Source of the DNA: Candidatus Aldehydirespiratoraceae bacterium
Lineage (GTDB): Bacteria; Actinomycetota; Acidimicrobiia; Acidimicrobiales; Aldehydirespiratoraceae
Assembly: GCA_965198365.1 (NCBI GenBank)
Contig: OZ240617.1
Location: forward strand, 835,938-899,937
Direction: 5' to 3'
DNA: 64,000 nucleotides
This document shows, piece by piece, positions 18,732-28,184 of the stretch. The stretch's first letter is position 1; the number at the start of each line of letters is the position of its first letter. The position numbers were made by a program, and so were the translations under genes. Below the pieces are notes generated by a model that did not search any database, was not told where the DNA came from, and saw only the letters and a program-made list of their open reading frames with translations.

Positions 18732-19486
18732 TGTTGGTCGCGGCGATTCAACACGACATCGAGTGGGAGGCTCCGCAACGCAACTTTGAGCGGCTGCGTC
18801 CGCGCATCGAAGCAGCGGTTGCCGAAGGCGCATCGCTGGTGGTGTTGAGCGAAATGTGGTCGACCGGATTCTCGATGAACTCATTCGAGATCGCCGAACC
18901 TCCCGATGGACCCACGGCCAGCTTCATGCACGAGCTAGCGGCGGCAACAGGCGCATGGATCACCGGATCATTCCCGGAACACACCGAAGGCTATGACCTG
19001 CCAACCAACCGGTTACTGCTTGCCGGACCCGGCGGAGAGGACCACCGCTACTCCAAGATTCACCCCTTCACGTATGCAAAAGAAGATCGCCATTACGCCG
19101 CTGGGCGCGGAACGGTCACAGTCGATATCGAAGGCGTGAAGGTGACCCCTCTAGTCTGCTACGACTTGCGCTTCACCGACTTGTTTTGGGACCAGGCAGC
19201 CACCACCGACTGCTTCGTGGTGCCAGCCAACTGGCCCAAAGCACGTCGCCAGCACTGGATGACGCTGCTCCGAGCCCGTGCAATCGAAAACCAGGCTTAC
19301 GTGATCGGCGTTAATCGAGTGGGATCGGCTGGGCGCCTCAACTACTCAGGTGACAGTCGGATCATCGACCCGCTGGGGGAGATGGTCGAAGCAACCCCGG
19401 AGGTGGAAACGACAATTTGTGCCGAAGTTTCCCCCGCGGTTGTAGCCCAAGTCCGCAGAGACTTCCCATTCATGCAGGACCGTTAG
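18731..19486 (+). CDS. carbon-nitrogen hydrolase family (omega-amidase-like)
   Basis: The nitrilase-superfamily motifs LVVLSEMW and LVCYDLRF supply the E-K-C triad context. The ATG overlaps the upstream stop (TGATG). Confidence 0.8.
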   Translation: MLVAAIQHDIEWEAPQRNFERLRPRIEAAVAEGASLVVLSEMWSTGFSMNSFEIAEPPDGPTASFMHELAAATGAWITGSFPEHTEGYDLPTNRLLLAGPGGEDHRYSKIHPFTYAKEDRHYAAGRGTVTVDIEGVKVTPLVCYDLRFTDLFWDQAATTDCFVVPANWPKARRQHWMTLLRARAIENQAYVIGVNRVGSAGRLNYSGDSRIIDPLGEMVEATPEVETTICAEVSPAVVAQVRRDFPFMQDR

Positions 19487-19488
19487 CA

Positions 19489-21420
19489 CTACTGACTGGC
19501 GAGGAGTTGCTCTCGGAGCTGGCGTTTCACGAACTTGCCGTTGGCGTTCTGTGGTATCGGCTCATCGACGAACCAGACGGACTCGGGCCGCTTGAACTTG
19601 GCGATAAGCGGTGCCAGGTGGGCGGCTAGTTCCGATTCGTCGAGAGTGGCGCCTTCTGCCAAGTAGATCGCTGCGCCGACAGTCTCACCGAGCCGGTCGT
19701 CGGGAACACCGAACACGGCAGCCTCGGCCACATCAGGGTGTTCGTAGATCGCCGTTTCGACCTCAGCGCAGTAGACGTTCTCCCCGCCGCGCAACACCAT
19801 GTCTTTGACCCGGTCGACGATGTGAACGAACTCATCCTCGTCGATATATACGATGTCGCCAGTACGAAACCAGCCGTCACGGATGGCCTCGGCGGTCGCT
19901 TCTGGGCGGTTGATGTAGCCCTTGACGACCGCAGGTCCCTTAACGCACAGCTCCCCGCGTTCGCCTGTCGGCGCTTCGTTGCCGTCAGCGTCAAGCACCT
20001 TGTACTCGAAAGTCGGCATGACAAGTCCAGCAGAGGTTGGCCGAGCCGAAAAGAAATCGTTGCTCACAGCGGTGATAACGCCGCTGGTTTCGGTGAGTCC
20101 GTAGCCGGTCGCCGGCTTCACGTTTCCGGGTGTGTTGTCGATCTTTTCGACGAGATCTGGTTGGATGGCCGCACCCCCGCCGCCCAACGCAGCCAAGCTG
20201 GATGTGTCACGGGTTTGCCAGTCTGGGTGTGCCAACATCTCGCGGGCCATCGTCGGCACGCCGGTGAACATGTTGACGCCTTCGCGTTCGATCAACTCGA
20301 TCGCTCGAGCGGTGTCCCAGCGATACATCATCACCATCTTGCCGCCGGAGATGGTTGCTGGATGAAGCACACAGTTGTTGGCGGTGACGTGAAATAACGG
20401 CGTCGGCACCATGATGACCGCCTGGCTGGGTTCGTCGCCTTCGTTGCTTTCGCCGGGCGTAGCCGGAGCCGCGGAGTCGCCTTCGTTGCTTTCGCCGGGC
20501 GTAGCCGGAGCCGCGGAGTCGCCTTCGTTGCTTTCGCCGGGCTTAGCCGGAGCCGCGGAGTCGCCTTCGTTGCTTTCGCCGGGCTTAGCCGGAGCCGCGG
20601 AGTCGGGTTGGTCGTTTGCAGCGAGTTTGGCGGTTGCGATCGAGGCGACGGCGTTGGCGAAGGCAAGGTGTAAGACGTTGTGCACCGAACCGCGATGGGT
20701 CAACTGTGCACCTTTGGGAAAGCCGGTCGTGCCCGAGGTGTAGAAGATGCATATGTCATCGTCGGGAGCTATCTCGGCGGGCGGAAGATCATCTGGCGCG
20801 CCGGAGACAACGACATGATCCCCCCAGCGTGAGGCGTTGTCGGGCAGTTCACGTTCGCTACGCACCGAAACAATGTGCAGCGGCGCTTCGGCCCGTAATG
20901 CTGGGAGTACCTCCAGTGCCCGTTCAAGGCGTTCGTCATCGGCAATCAGCACCTTGGGACGAGAATCCTTGAGGGCGTATTCGAGTTCGGCAGGGGTCCA
21001 CCAGGCGTTGACGCCCACGGCGGAAGCGCCGATCACCACCGTCGCCCAATAAGCGATCGCCCACTCTGGGTAGTTGCGCATGGCGATCGCTACCCGGTCG
21101 TTGGGACCGACTTCGTGCTCGTTGACCAAGTAATGGGCCAATGACCGAACCATTGCATGGGCTTCGCCGTAGGTGATGGTCTCGTCTTCAAACACGATGT
21201 AAGGCCGATCAGCAAATTGAGCTGACAGCTCCCAAACAAATCGCATATTGGGAGGGGCGGTGTCGAAGACCCGCATCGGCATGCCCCGAACCTCTTGAGT
21301 TGACCATGCGAAGGGAGAACCCTCCGCGGTTAGTTCCGCCCATGTTTGCTTGAGTGTCTCGATCACGGGGTTATTGATAGCGCACTCAGGGAGTGTCTGC
21401 CTACCTGCAACACAGGCCAT
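19489..21420 (-). CDS. FadD-like acyl-CoA synthetase with a 56-aa repeat insertion
   Basis: IFYTSGTTGFPKGAQLTH, TGYGLTETS and GWFRTGD motifs. Start is ATG 21420 or GTG 21366. The longer ORF to 21693 would overlap psuG. Confidence 0.8.
   Translation of the reverse strand: MACVAGRQTLPECAINNPVIETLKQTWAELTAEGSPFAWSTQEVRGMPMRVFDTAPPNMRFVWELSAQFADRPYIVFEDETITYGEAHAMVRSLAHYLVNEHEVGPNDRVAIAMRNYPEWAIAYWATVVIGASAVGVNAWWTPAELEYALKDSRPKVLIADDERLERALEVLPALRAEAPLHIVSVRSERELPDNASRWGDHVVVSGAPDDLPPAEIAPDDDICIFYTSGTTGFPKGAQLTHRGSVHNVLHLAFANAVASIATAKLAANDQPDSAAPAKPGESNEGDSAAPAKPGESNEGDSAAPATPGESNEGDSAAPATPGESNEGDEPSQAVIMVPTPLFHVTANNCVLHPATISGGKMVMMYRWDTARAIELIEREGVNMFTGVPTMAREMLAHPDWQTRDTSSLAALGGGGAAIQPDLVEKIDNTPGNVKPATGYGLTETSGVITAVSNDFFSARPTSAGLVMPTFEYKVLDADGNEAPTGERGELCVKGPAVVKGYINRPEATAEAIRDGWFRTGDIVYIDEDEFVHIVDRVKDMVLRGGENVYCAEVETAIYEHPDVAEAAVFGVPDDRLGETVGAAIYLAEGATLDESELAAHLAPLIAKFKRPESVWFVDEPIPQNANGKFVKRQLREQLLASQ
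20434..20604 (-). repeat. in-frame tandem repeat, 42 bp x4 (DSAAPA(K/T)PGESNEG)
   Basis: The unit gtcgccttcgttgctttcgccgggc(g/t)tagccggagccgcgga occurs four times head to tail. Confidence 0.9.
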
Positions 21421-21432
21421 AGGCTTCGGGCT

Positions 21433-22350
21433 ATGGCCGAGGGCGCAAAGTTCTTCAGGGTTGGCGACGAAGTCGCTGCGGCGTTGGCGGGGCATCGGCG
21501 GGTTGTGGCTCTTGAGTCCACCATCTTCAGTGGCTTGGGTTTGCCGTCGCCAGCCAATCGCGAGTGCTTGGATCGTTGTGTCGCCGCGGTTCGCGATGGG
21601 GGCGCGGTCCCGGCGCTGACTGCGGTGATCGACGGTGTGGCTACCGTGGGGATCGAAGCGAGTGACCTTGACCGCGTGCTGGCCGGCACGCATAAGGTTG
21701 CGGCCCGCGACTTAGCTCGGGTTGTTTCAGGCGGCCTTGATGTTGGAGTCACTACGGTGAGTGCATCATTGACATTGGCGGCGCGTGCGGGGATCGAAGT
21801 GTTTGCCACAGGCGGGATCGGAGGAGTTCACCGCGGAGTTGAAATCACTGGCGACGTAAGCGGAGACCTGGTCGCATTGTCTCGCCACCCGGTGGTGGCG
21901 GTGTCCGCTGGGGCTAAGGCCTTTTTGGACTTGGCACGCACTCTCGAATATTTGGAGACCTTGGGTGTGCCAGTAGCAGGTTGGCAAACAGGTCGCTTTC
22001 CCGCGTTTTATGTGCGCGACAGCGGGCTTGACGTTCCGACTGTGGTCAACAGCGGCGACGAGGTGGCAGCCATGCTGCGAGCCGCGGCAGCCGTTGGTCA
22101 TCAGGGTGGTATTCTCGTGGCCAATCCGATACCGGTGGGCGCAGAACTTGACCCTGAACCGATCAACCGCGCGCTTGACTCGGCGCTTGCCCTCGTAGAG
22201 CAGCAGCGTTTGCGCGGTCCGGCGGTTACTCCAGTGCTTCTCGACGCGATCTCCGCGGCAACCGATGGTGTCAGCGTCGAGGCCAACCTGGCATTGGCCC
22301 AAGACAACGCCCGCGTCGCCGCAGAGATCGCCGCGGCGCTAGCTCTATGA
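21433..22350 (+). CDS. psuG: pseudouridine-5'-phosphate glycosidase
   Basis: VVALESTIFSGLGLPSPAN, ATGGIGGVHRG and DVSGDL motifs. Confidence 0.85.
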   Translation: MAEGAKFFRVGDEVAAALAGHRRVVALESTIFSGLGLPSPANRECLDRCVAAVRDGGAVPALTAVIDGVATVGIEASDLDRVLAGTHKVAARDLARVVSGGLDVGVTTVSASLTLAARAGIEVFATGGIGGVHRGVEITGDVSGDLVALSRHPVVAVSAGAKAFLDLARTLEYLETLGVPVAGWQTGRFPAFYVRDSGLDVPTVVNSGDEVAAMLRAAAAVGHQGGILVANPIPVGAELDPEPINRALDSALALVEQQRLRGPAVTPVLLDAISAATDGVSVEANLALAQDNARVAAEIAAALAL

Positions 22351-22370
22351 GCCGGTAGCGTGCCGGGGCA

Positions 22371-23570
22371 ATGAAGCCCGACGATATTTTGCTTACCTTG
22401 ATGGTTGATCCGTCAGCGATAGCTGATCCATACCCGCTTTACCGGCAGCTTCGCGAGATGGCACCGTTGTTTCGTACGCAAACAAGCGGCACCTGGGTGA
22501 TTTCTGGATTTGAGAACGCCAGAAACTTGTTGAGAGATCCCCGCTGCGGAAGTCCACCGGACCAGGGTTCCGTGGGACCGGTATCGATCGACGGCAGTCC
22601 TCGTCGGGAGTTTGACCGTGACACCGTTTCAATGTTGTTTTTGAACCCGCCGGACCACACACGAATTCGGGGTCTTGTCAGTCGGGCGTTCACACCTCGG
22701 AGAGTTGAGCGGTTGCGTCCAGAGGTGACGGCCATGACAGATGAGCTCCTTGATGAACTTGGTGGGAGCGGTGACTTTGTCGACAGCGTGGCTTTCCCGC
22801 TACCGGCAAACGTGATCAGTGCATTGGTGGGTGTGCCGCAAGCCGACCGTGATTGGCTTCGGCCTCTGATCGCTGATTTGTCCGCCTCGCTTGAGCCGGT
22901 CTCGAGCAGCGAAGAACTCGACAGAGCAGAAGCAGCAGCTCTGCAAGCCCGGGCGTACTTGGCTGATCTGATCAAGATTCGGCGAGCTGATCCTCAAGAT
23001 GATCTGCTCACTGGTTTGATCCAGGCCAGCGACGGGGAAGACCGCTTGAGCGAGAGCGAAGTGATATCCAACGTGTTGTTGATTTACGCCGCTGGTTTTG
23101 AGACGACCACACAGTTGCTCAGCAACATGGTGCGAGCCTTGGTGGCTCACCCCGACCAGCAACGGTTGGTGCGAGAAGATCGGTCCCTAATCGGCGCGGC
23201 GGTGGAAGAGGTGTTGCGCTACGACCCGCCTGTCCAAGTTGATGGGCGTTACCTGTTTGCAGACATCGAAGTCGGTGACATCACCATCCCGGCCGGTTCA
23301 ACAACGCTCGTGCTGCTAGCCGCAGCGAACCGTGACCCGTATGTTTGCACCGACCCTGACCGCTTCGAGATCACCCGCAGCGATACCCAACTGCTGTCGT
23401 TTGGATCTGGTATCCACTACTGCCTCGGCGCGGCACTAGCTCGGCTTGAGGGACAAGTAGTGCTCGAACGTTTGCTGAGTCGTTATCAGAGCTGGGTTGT
23501 TACCGAAGAAGTGTGGCGACACCGCATCACCATCCGTGGCGTTGAACGACTAGCCGTGGAATTTCAGTAG
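22371..23570 (+). CDS. cytochrome P450
   Basis: AGFETT I-helix, EVLRYDPP (ExxR) and the heme loop FGSGIHYCLGAALARLE. Confidence 0.85.
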   Translation: MKPDDILLTLMVDPSAIADPYPLYRQLREMAPLFRTQTSGTWVISGFENARNLLRDPRCGSPPDQGSVGPVSIDGSPRREFDRDTVSMLFLNPPDHTRIRGLVSRAFTPRRVERLRPEVTAMTDELLDELGGSGDFVDSVAFPLPANVISALVGVPQADRDWLRPLIADLSASLEPVSSSEELDRAEAAALQARAYLADLIKIRRADPQDDLLTGLIQASDGEDRLSESEVISNVLLIYAAGFETTTQLLSNMVRALVAHPDQQRLVREDRSLIGAAVEEVLRYDPPVQVDGRYLFADIEVGDITIPAGSTTLVLLAAANRDPYVCTDPDRFEITRSDTQLLSFGSGIHYCLGAALARLEGQVVLERLLSRYQSWVVTEEVWRHRITIRGVERLAVEFQ

Positions 23571-24391
23571 CCCTTCCAATTTGGTGTTCGGCGTTCACGG
23601 AAACTGGCGACTCCTTCTTCAGAGTCAGCGGTGTAGGTGTTCAGTTCCACTGCCAGTGCTTCGTTCTGGGCCATCTTGGCTCTGTCGCTATCGAGGCTCT
23701 GGTTGACCAGCCATTTGGTGAAACCGAATGATCGGGTCGGGCCGGCCGCGAGCCGTTCGGCCCATTCGCTTGCCGCGGACTCCAGTTGATCGTGGCTGAC
23801 CACTTTGTTGACCAGTCCCCATTCGAGTGCTCGGCCGGGAAGTAGGTCCTCGGCAAAGAGCATGAGTTCCATGGTGCGGCGCACTCCGATGATGCGCGGC
23901 AACAGCCACGGTCCGAGCGCATCAGGCACCAGACCTCGGCGAGCAAAAACCTCCACGAACTTGGCCTTCTCAGAGCAAATCACGAGATCACAGGCGAGGG
24001 CGAGATGCGCGCCCATCCCGGCTGCCGTGCCATTGACCGCGGCGATTACCGGAACTTCACAGTCCAAGATGGCGGGGAACAGCGTGTACTGCCCGTCGAG
24101 CATCATTTGACGCGGGTCACCGATCACCCGCTCGGGGAGATCGTCGGCCCGATCGGTTTGGTAGCTGTGGGTGAGGTCGGCACCGGGGCAAAAGAGCTTG
24201 TCGCCGGTAGCGGTCAACACGACTGCTCGCGCACGATGGTTGGAGTTGAACTCTTTGAAAATGTCGCGGAGCCGGTCTCGGCACGGAGGGTTGAGCGCGT
24301 TGCCGACTTCGGGACGGTCAATGGTCACCCACGCCACCTTCCCTCGATACTCCAGGCGGACTTGTTCTTCGAGCGGGCGATCATCGGCCAT
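23564..24391 (-). CDS. enoyl-CoA hydratase/isomerase (crotonase) family
   Basis: VAWVTIDRPEVGNAL, FCPGADL and VIAAVNGTAAGMGAHLALACD motifs. Confidence 0.85.
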   Translation of the reverse strand: MADDRPLEEQVRLEYRGKVAWVTIDRPEVGNALNPPCRDRLRDIFKEFNSNHRARAVVLTATGDKLFCPGADLTHSYQTDRADDLPERVIGDPRQMMLDGQYTLFPAILDCEVPVIAAVNGTAAGMGAHLALACDLVICSEKAKFVEVFARRGLVPDALGPWLLPRIIGVRRTMELMLFAEDLLPGRALEWGLVNKVVSHDQLESAASEWAERLAAGPTRSFGFTKWLVNQSLDSDRAKMAQNEALAVELNTYTADSEEGVASFRERRTPNWKGY

Positions 24392-24489
24392 AGATTCACA
24401 GTAGCGACCAGCGTGGGTCCCTGGTCGCATTGGCCTACCGATCAGCGTCGGATTGGCGCGATGGCGTCGGGGGCAGGATCATTTGCAGC

Positions 24490-26052
24490 ATGGCCAACAC
24501 CGATATCACCGGATTCTGGAAAATCGCCGAAGCGGATCGGAAACATCTCGCTCTCGTCGACCCGGATCACAACCAGATGACCTACGGCGAGTTGTCTGAA
24601 CTCACCAACAAGATTGTCCATGGCTTGCGGGCCGCCGGGCTAAAAAGGGGTGATCAGGTCACGACTGTGCTGCCCAACAGCTTTGAGCAGGTCGCAGTGT
24701 GCCTCGCAGCATTCCAAGGGGGCTTTTTTGTAACGACTATCAATTGGCATCTTGTTGGGCCGGAGATCAGCTACATCGTCAACGACGCTGAGACGAAAGC
24801 CCTGATCGTGTCGAGCCGTTTCGAAGCTGAGGCTACGCGGGTGCTCGGTGATTGCCTTACCCCCGCATCCAACCGATTCTCGGTGGGTCCGGTGGAAGGG
24901 TTCAGGCCCTTCAGTGATCTGATCAATGGCCAGTCAGGCGAACGTCCCGATGATCTCTACCCCGGCTCCTACATGTTTTACACCTCGGGCACCACTGGGC
25001 GTCCCAAGGGTGTGCGTCGCGCGTTGGCCGATGGGGATGTCGACGAGATCTCCGCAGGCTCCGGCGGGTTGTTCATGCTGTTCGGAACGATGCCGCACGA
25101 CGACAATGTGCAGATCACCCAGGCACCTACCTATCACACCGCTGTCAACAACTGGACCACCATGTCGCTGCACATGGGTCACACCGTGATCCTCATGGAT
25201 CGTTGGACCCCTGAAGGTCTGTTGGAGCGAATCGAGCGTTATCGGGTAACTCATTCACACATGGTTCCGACCATGTTCAACCGGCTATTGCAACTCCCTA
25301 ATGAGGTTCGAGAAGCCTACGATGTCTCGTCGCTACGCCGCATGGTTCACGCCGCGGCACCATGCCCGATCGAAACAAAGCGCAAGATGATCGAATGGTG
25401 GGGCGACTCCGTCTGGGAGTACTACGCGGCGACCGAAGGAGGCGGCACCATCGTCGGGCCCCAAGAATGGCTCGCCAAACCCGGCACAGTTGGAAAGCCC
25501 TGGCCCGGCGCTGAGGTGATCGTTGTCGACGAACAGGGAAACGACCTGCCGCCGTTTGAGTCCGGCACCGTCTACATGAAGATGCCGGGCAACCTCTTCG
25601 AATACAAAGGCGACAAGGAGAAAACCGAGAAGAGCCGCCTGCGAGGTTTTTTCACGGTCGGCGACATCGGTTATCTCGACGATGACGGGTTCTTGTTTCT
25701 CAACGACCGAGCCAACGACATGATCATCGCCGGCGGAGTCAACATTTATCCCGCGGAGATCGAAGGGGTGCTGGTGCAGCACGAAGCGATCGCCGATGTG
25801 GCTGTGTTCGGGATCCCCAATCCCGATTCGGGCGAGGAGATCAAGGCGGCTGTCGAGCTGGTGGCCGGTTGGGAACCCAACGACGAAACCACTGACAACA
25901 TCATGGGTTGGCTCAGCGGTCAGATCGCCAAACAGAAATTGCCGCGGTCGATTGACTACACGACCGAGATGCCCCGCGACCCCAACGGCAAGCTCTACAA
26001 ACGCCGACTAAAAGACCCCTACTGGGCAGGACACGCTGGCAAGATCGTCTAG
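24490..26052 (+). CDS. AMP-dependent acyl-CoA synthetase
   Basis: MFYTSGTTGRPKGV, YYAATEGGG, TVGDIGYLDDDGF and the C-terminal PRDPNGKLYKRRL. Confidence 0.85.
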   Translation: MANTDITGFWKIAEADRKHLALVDPDHNQMTYGELSELTNKIVHGLRAAGLKRGDQVTTVLPNSFEQVAVCLAAFQGGFFVTTINWHLVGPEISYIVNDAETKALIVSSRFEAEATRVLGDCLTPASNRFSVGPVEGFRPFSDLINGQSGERPDDLYPGSYMFYTSGTTGRPKGVRRALADGDVDEISAGSGGLFMLFGTMPHDDNVQITQAPTYHTAVNNWTTMSLHMGHTVILMDRWTPEGLLERIERYRVTHSHMVPTMFNRLLQLPNEVREAYDVSSLRRMVHAAAPCPIETKRKMIEWWGDSVWEYYAATEGGGTIVGPQEWLAKPGTVGKPWPGAEVIVVDEQGNDLPPFESGTVYMKMPGNLFEYKGDKEKTEKSRLRGFFTVGDIGYLDDDGFLFLNDRANDMIIAGGVNIYPAEIEGVLVQHEAIADVAVFGIPNPDSGEEIKAAVELVAGWEPNDETTDNIMGWLSGQIAKQKLPRSIDYTTEMPRDPNGKLYKRRLKDPYWAGHAGKIV

Positions 26053-27357
26053 AGTTCGGTGCCCGTTGGTGCTCTGTGATCCGAGCAACGCTGGGCTCGG
26101 GGTGAACTCGACGGGTAGACGGCTAATGCTGTCGACGAGGTTGGTGCGGAGTCGTTCGACGTCTCCGACCAGGTGAATGTCGGGGATCCGTTTGGCCAGT
26201 TCTTCGAAGATGATCTTGATTTCTAGTTTGGCGAGGTTCGCGCCGAGGCAGAAGTGCGCGCCACCGGCACCGAAGGCCATGTGGTGGTTGGGGATGCGTC
26301 CGATATCGAAGGAATCTGCCGTCGGCCCGAACTCCGCCTTGTCGCGGTTTCCGGATGGATACCACAACAGAACTTTCTCGCCAGCAGCGATGTGTTGACC
26401 ACCGAGTTCGGTGTCAGCTGTGGCGGTGCGCCTGAAAAAGTTGACTGGACTGGTGTAGCGCAGTACTTCGTCGACCATCGTGTCGGATAGTTCGGGGTGC
26501 GCTAACCAGCGTTGCCACTGATCTGGATGGTCGAAGAAAGCGATCATGCCTTTGGAAATGCTGTTTCGGGTGGTTTCGTTACCCGCAACGATCAACAGAA
26601 TGAAAAAGAGGTCCCGCTCAGTTTCAGTCAGCTCTACCTTTGAGCCGTCCTCCATGGTCACCACAGCTTCGGTGAGCTTGGTCCACAGGTCGTCAGCGGG
26701 TTCTTGGCGTTTGCGTTCGGTCAGACCGTGAGCGTAGATCCCCATTTCGAACAGGGCAGCGTAAGCATCGTCTAAGTCGTCGGAACCACCGACCGCTCGG
26801 TTGCTCCATTCAAACAACATGGCTCGATCTTCTTGAGGCACACCGACGATCTCAGCGATTGCAATCAGAGGAAGTTCTGCGGCTACCTGTGTAACGAAGT
26901 CACAAGAGCCGAGCGGGGTTATCTGATCGAGGATTGTGGTTGTGCGCAACCGGAACGCGTCGGTGAGACGGTGCACTACACGCGGGGTAAACCCCCTGTT
27001 GACCAGTTTGCGATAGCGAGTATGCGCGGGCGGGTCGGTCATCACCATCTGCAAGCCGGGACCTCGTATGGGTTCTTGGTCGTTCAACGTTATGCCGCCG
27101 GCGCCGTTTCGGCCGGGGCCTGTTTGGTGGCTGAAGAGCGTGCCGGATCGGTGCACCTGTTGGATGTGTTCATAGGACGTCACGCACCAGAACGGTTCGT
27201 TGTCGGACCGCTCATTGGCAGGGTGTTTCCAAACGGGGGCGTTTTCACGCAGGAAGCTGAACCAGTCATGAGGGCAACGATCAGCGAAAACACCGAGATC
27301 GGTTAAGTCAATGTCTTTGAATCGAACGTCGGGTGTTGTCTGGGTAGTAATGGCCAT
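26008..27357 (-). CDS. cytochrome P450
   Basis: AGNETT, EVLRYTSP and the heme loop FGAGGAHFCLGANLAKLE. ATG 27357 (MAITTQ) chosen as start; the upstream ORF extension merely translates the 12-bp repeat as FLER repeats. Confidence 0.85.
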   Translation of the reverse strand: MAITTQTTPDVRFKDIDLTDLGVFADRCPHDWFSFLRENAPVWKHPANERSDNEPFWCVTSYEHIQQVHRSGTLFSHQTGPGRNGAGGITLNDQEPIRGPGLQMVMTDPPAHTRYRKLVNRGFTPRVVHRLTDAFRLRTTTILDQITPLGSCDFVTQVAAELPLIAIAEIVGVPQEDRAMLFEWSNRAVGGSDDLDDAYAALFEMGIYAHGLTERKRQEPADDLWTKLTEAVVTMEDGSKVELTETERDLFFILLIVAGNETTRNSISKGMIAFFDHPDQWQRWLAHPELSDTMVDEVLRYTSPVNFFRRTATADTELGGQHIAAGEKVLLWYPSGNRDKAEFGPTADSFDIGRIPNHHMAFGAGGAHFCLGANLAKLEIKIIFEELAKRIPDIHLVGDVERLRTNLVDSISRLPVEFTPSPALLGSQSTNGHRTLDDLASVSCPVGVF

Positions 27358-27378
27358 CCGCTTGGTGTACCTTCCTGA

Positions 27379-27438
27379 GAACCTTTCTAAGAACCTTTCT
27401 AAGAACCTTTCTAAGAACCTTTCTAAGAACCTTTCTAG
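27379..27438. repeat. 12-bp tandem repeat x5 (gaacctttctaa) in the divergent P450/marR intergenic region
   Basis: Perfect head-to-tail copies (the last ends in g). Each junction creates the 9-bp palindrome TTCTAAGAA. Confidence 0.9.
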
Positions 27439-27450
27439 GAAGCATTGTAC

Positions 27451-27487
27451 CTTCCCGGGAAGTAATGTCAACAGTCTTCCTGGGAAG
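27451..27487. promoter_or_regulatory. two further TTC...GAA palindromes (CTTCCCGGGAAG, CTTCCTGGGAAG), candidate operators
   Basis: A 12-bp perfect palindrome at 27451-27462 and a near-palindrome at 27476-27487, lying between the marR and P450 starts. Confidence 0.4.
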
Positions 27488-27557
27488 TTGTTTTCAAAGT
27501 CTCGATGTGCGAGCTTTCTCTTTGGGGCGAGCACAGGAACCGGGCTAGCCTGCAAAC

Positions 27558-28148
27558 GTGCCCGATGAAGCATCAGATGAGCTGAGCCCCGAACTGCTGG
27601 ACTCGTTGCGTCCGGTTGCGGGTGAGCGAAAGGTGCGGTCGGTTGGTGACCATAGCTGGAGCACCGCACTGGAATCGTTGGCTCCTATGGTGGGTGAGCG
27701 ACACCGCGCAACCTTCGCAGTCTTGCTATGGGCATTCAGAACTGGCCGTCAACTTGAAGCCTTGTTGTCAGACAGCCTGCTGGACGAAGGTCTCGACACT
27801 TCAGAGTTCACCCTTTTGAGCGCACTTCGTTTAGAGGGCCCGCCCCACCGTCTCGCTGCCGGCGAGATCGCTGATCGGCTGGTGCAAACAACAGGAGGTA
27901 CGACGAAGACCATTCGTCGCCTTGAGGATCGCGGGTCGATTCGACGTATCGCTGATCCCGACGACAAGCGCCGGGTGCTCATTGAACTGACCAGTGCAGG
28001 TGCGGAACTCGCCCGCTCGTCTTTGGAGTTGGTGCTGGACGCGTTCGATCTCGACATTGGAGAAATCGACATAGCAGAGCGCACCGAACTGGGCGTTCGG
28101 ATAGCTCGACTCTCCGAAGAACTAAGTGAGCGAGTCCGCCGCCGCTAG
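27558..28148 (+). CDS. MarR-family transcriptional regulator
   Basis: Winged-helix segment LSALRLEGPPHRLAAGEIADRLVQTTGGTTKTIRRLEDRGSIRRIADPDDKRRVLIELT. Confidence 0.8.
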   Translation: MPDEASDELSPELLDSLRPVAGERKVRSVGDHSWSTALESLAPMVGERHRATFAVLLWAFRTGRQLEALLSDSLLDEGLDTSEFTLLSALRLEGPPHRLAAGEIADRLVQTTGGTTKTIRRLEDRGSIRRIADPDDKRRVLIELTSAGAELARSSLELVLDAFDLDIGEIDIAERTELGVRIARLSEELSERVRRR

Positions 28149-28184
28149 ACACACCAGGAGCAAGCTCCTGCTCCCGCTATGACC

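Noticed and set aside
20434-20604. Whether the tandem arrays at 20434, 27379, 37856 and elsewhere might be CRISPR arrays.
   Set aside because: The units are directly adjacent with no unique spacers, the unit sizes (12-84 bp) and in-frame coding context do not fit, and there are no cas genes in the window.
26008-27669. N-terminal extension of the P450 ORF containing FLERFLERFLERFLERFLER. A similar N-terminal extension of the FadD-like ORF (to 21693) overlaps psuG.
   Set aside because: The extension is simply the 12-bp intergenic tandem repeat read in frame. The conserved P450 N-terminus starts at ATG 27357. The FadD-like extension has no homology-like sequence and would overlap the divergent gene.
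28149-28184. Short hairpin CAGGAGC-AA-GCTCCTG between the convergent marR and helicase genes, considered as a bidirectional terminator.
   Set aside because: The loop is only 2 nt and there is no flanking T/A tract, which is too weak to call.
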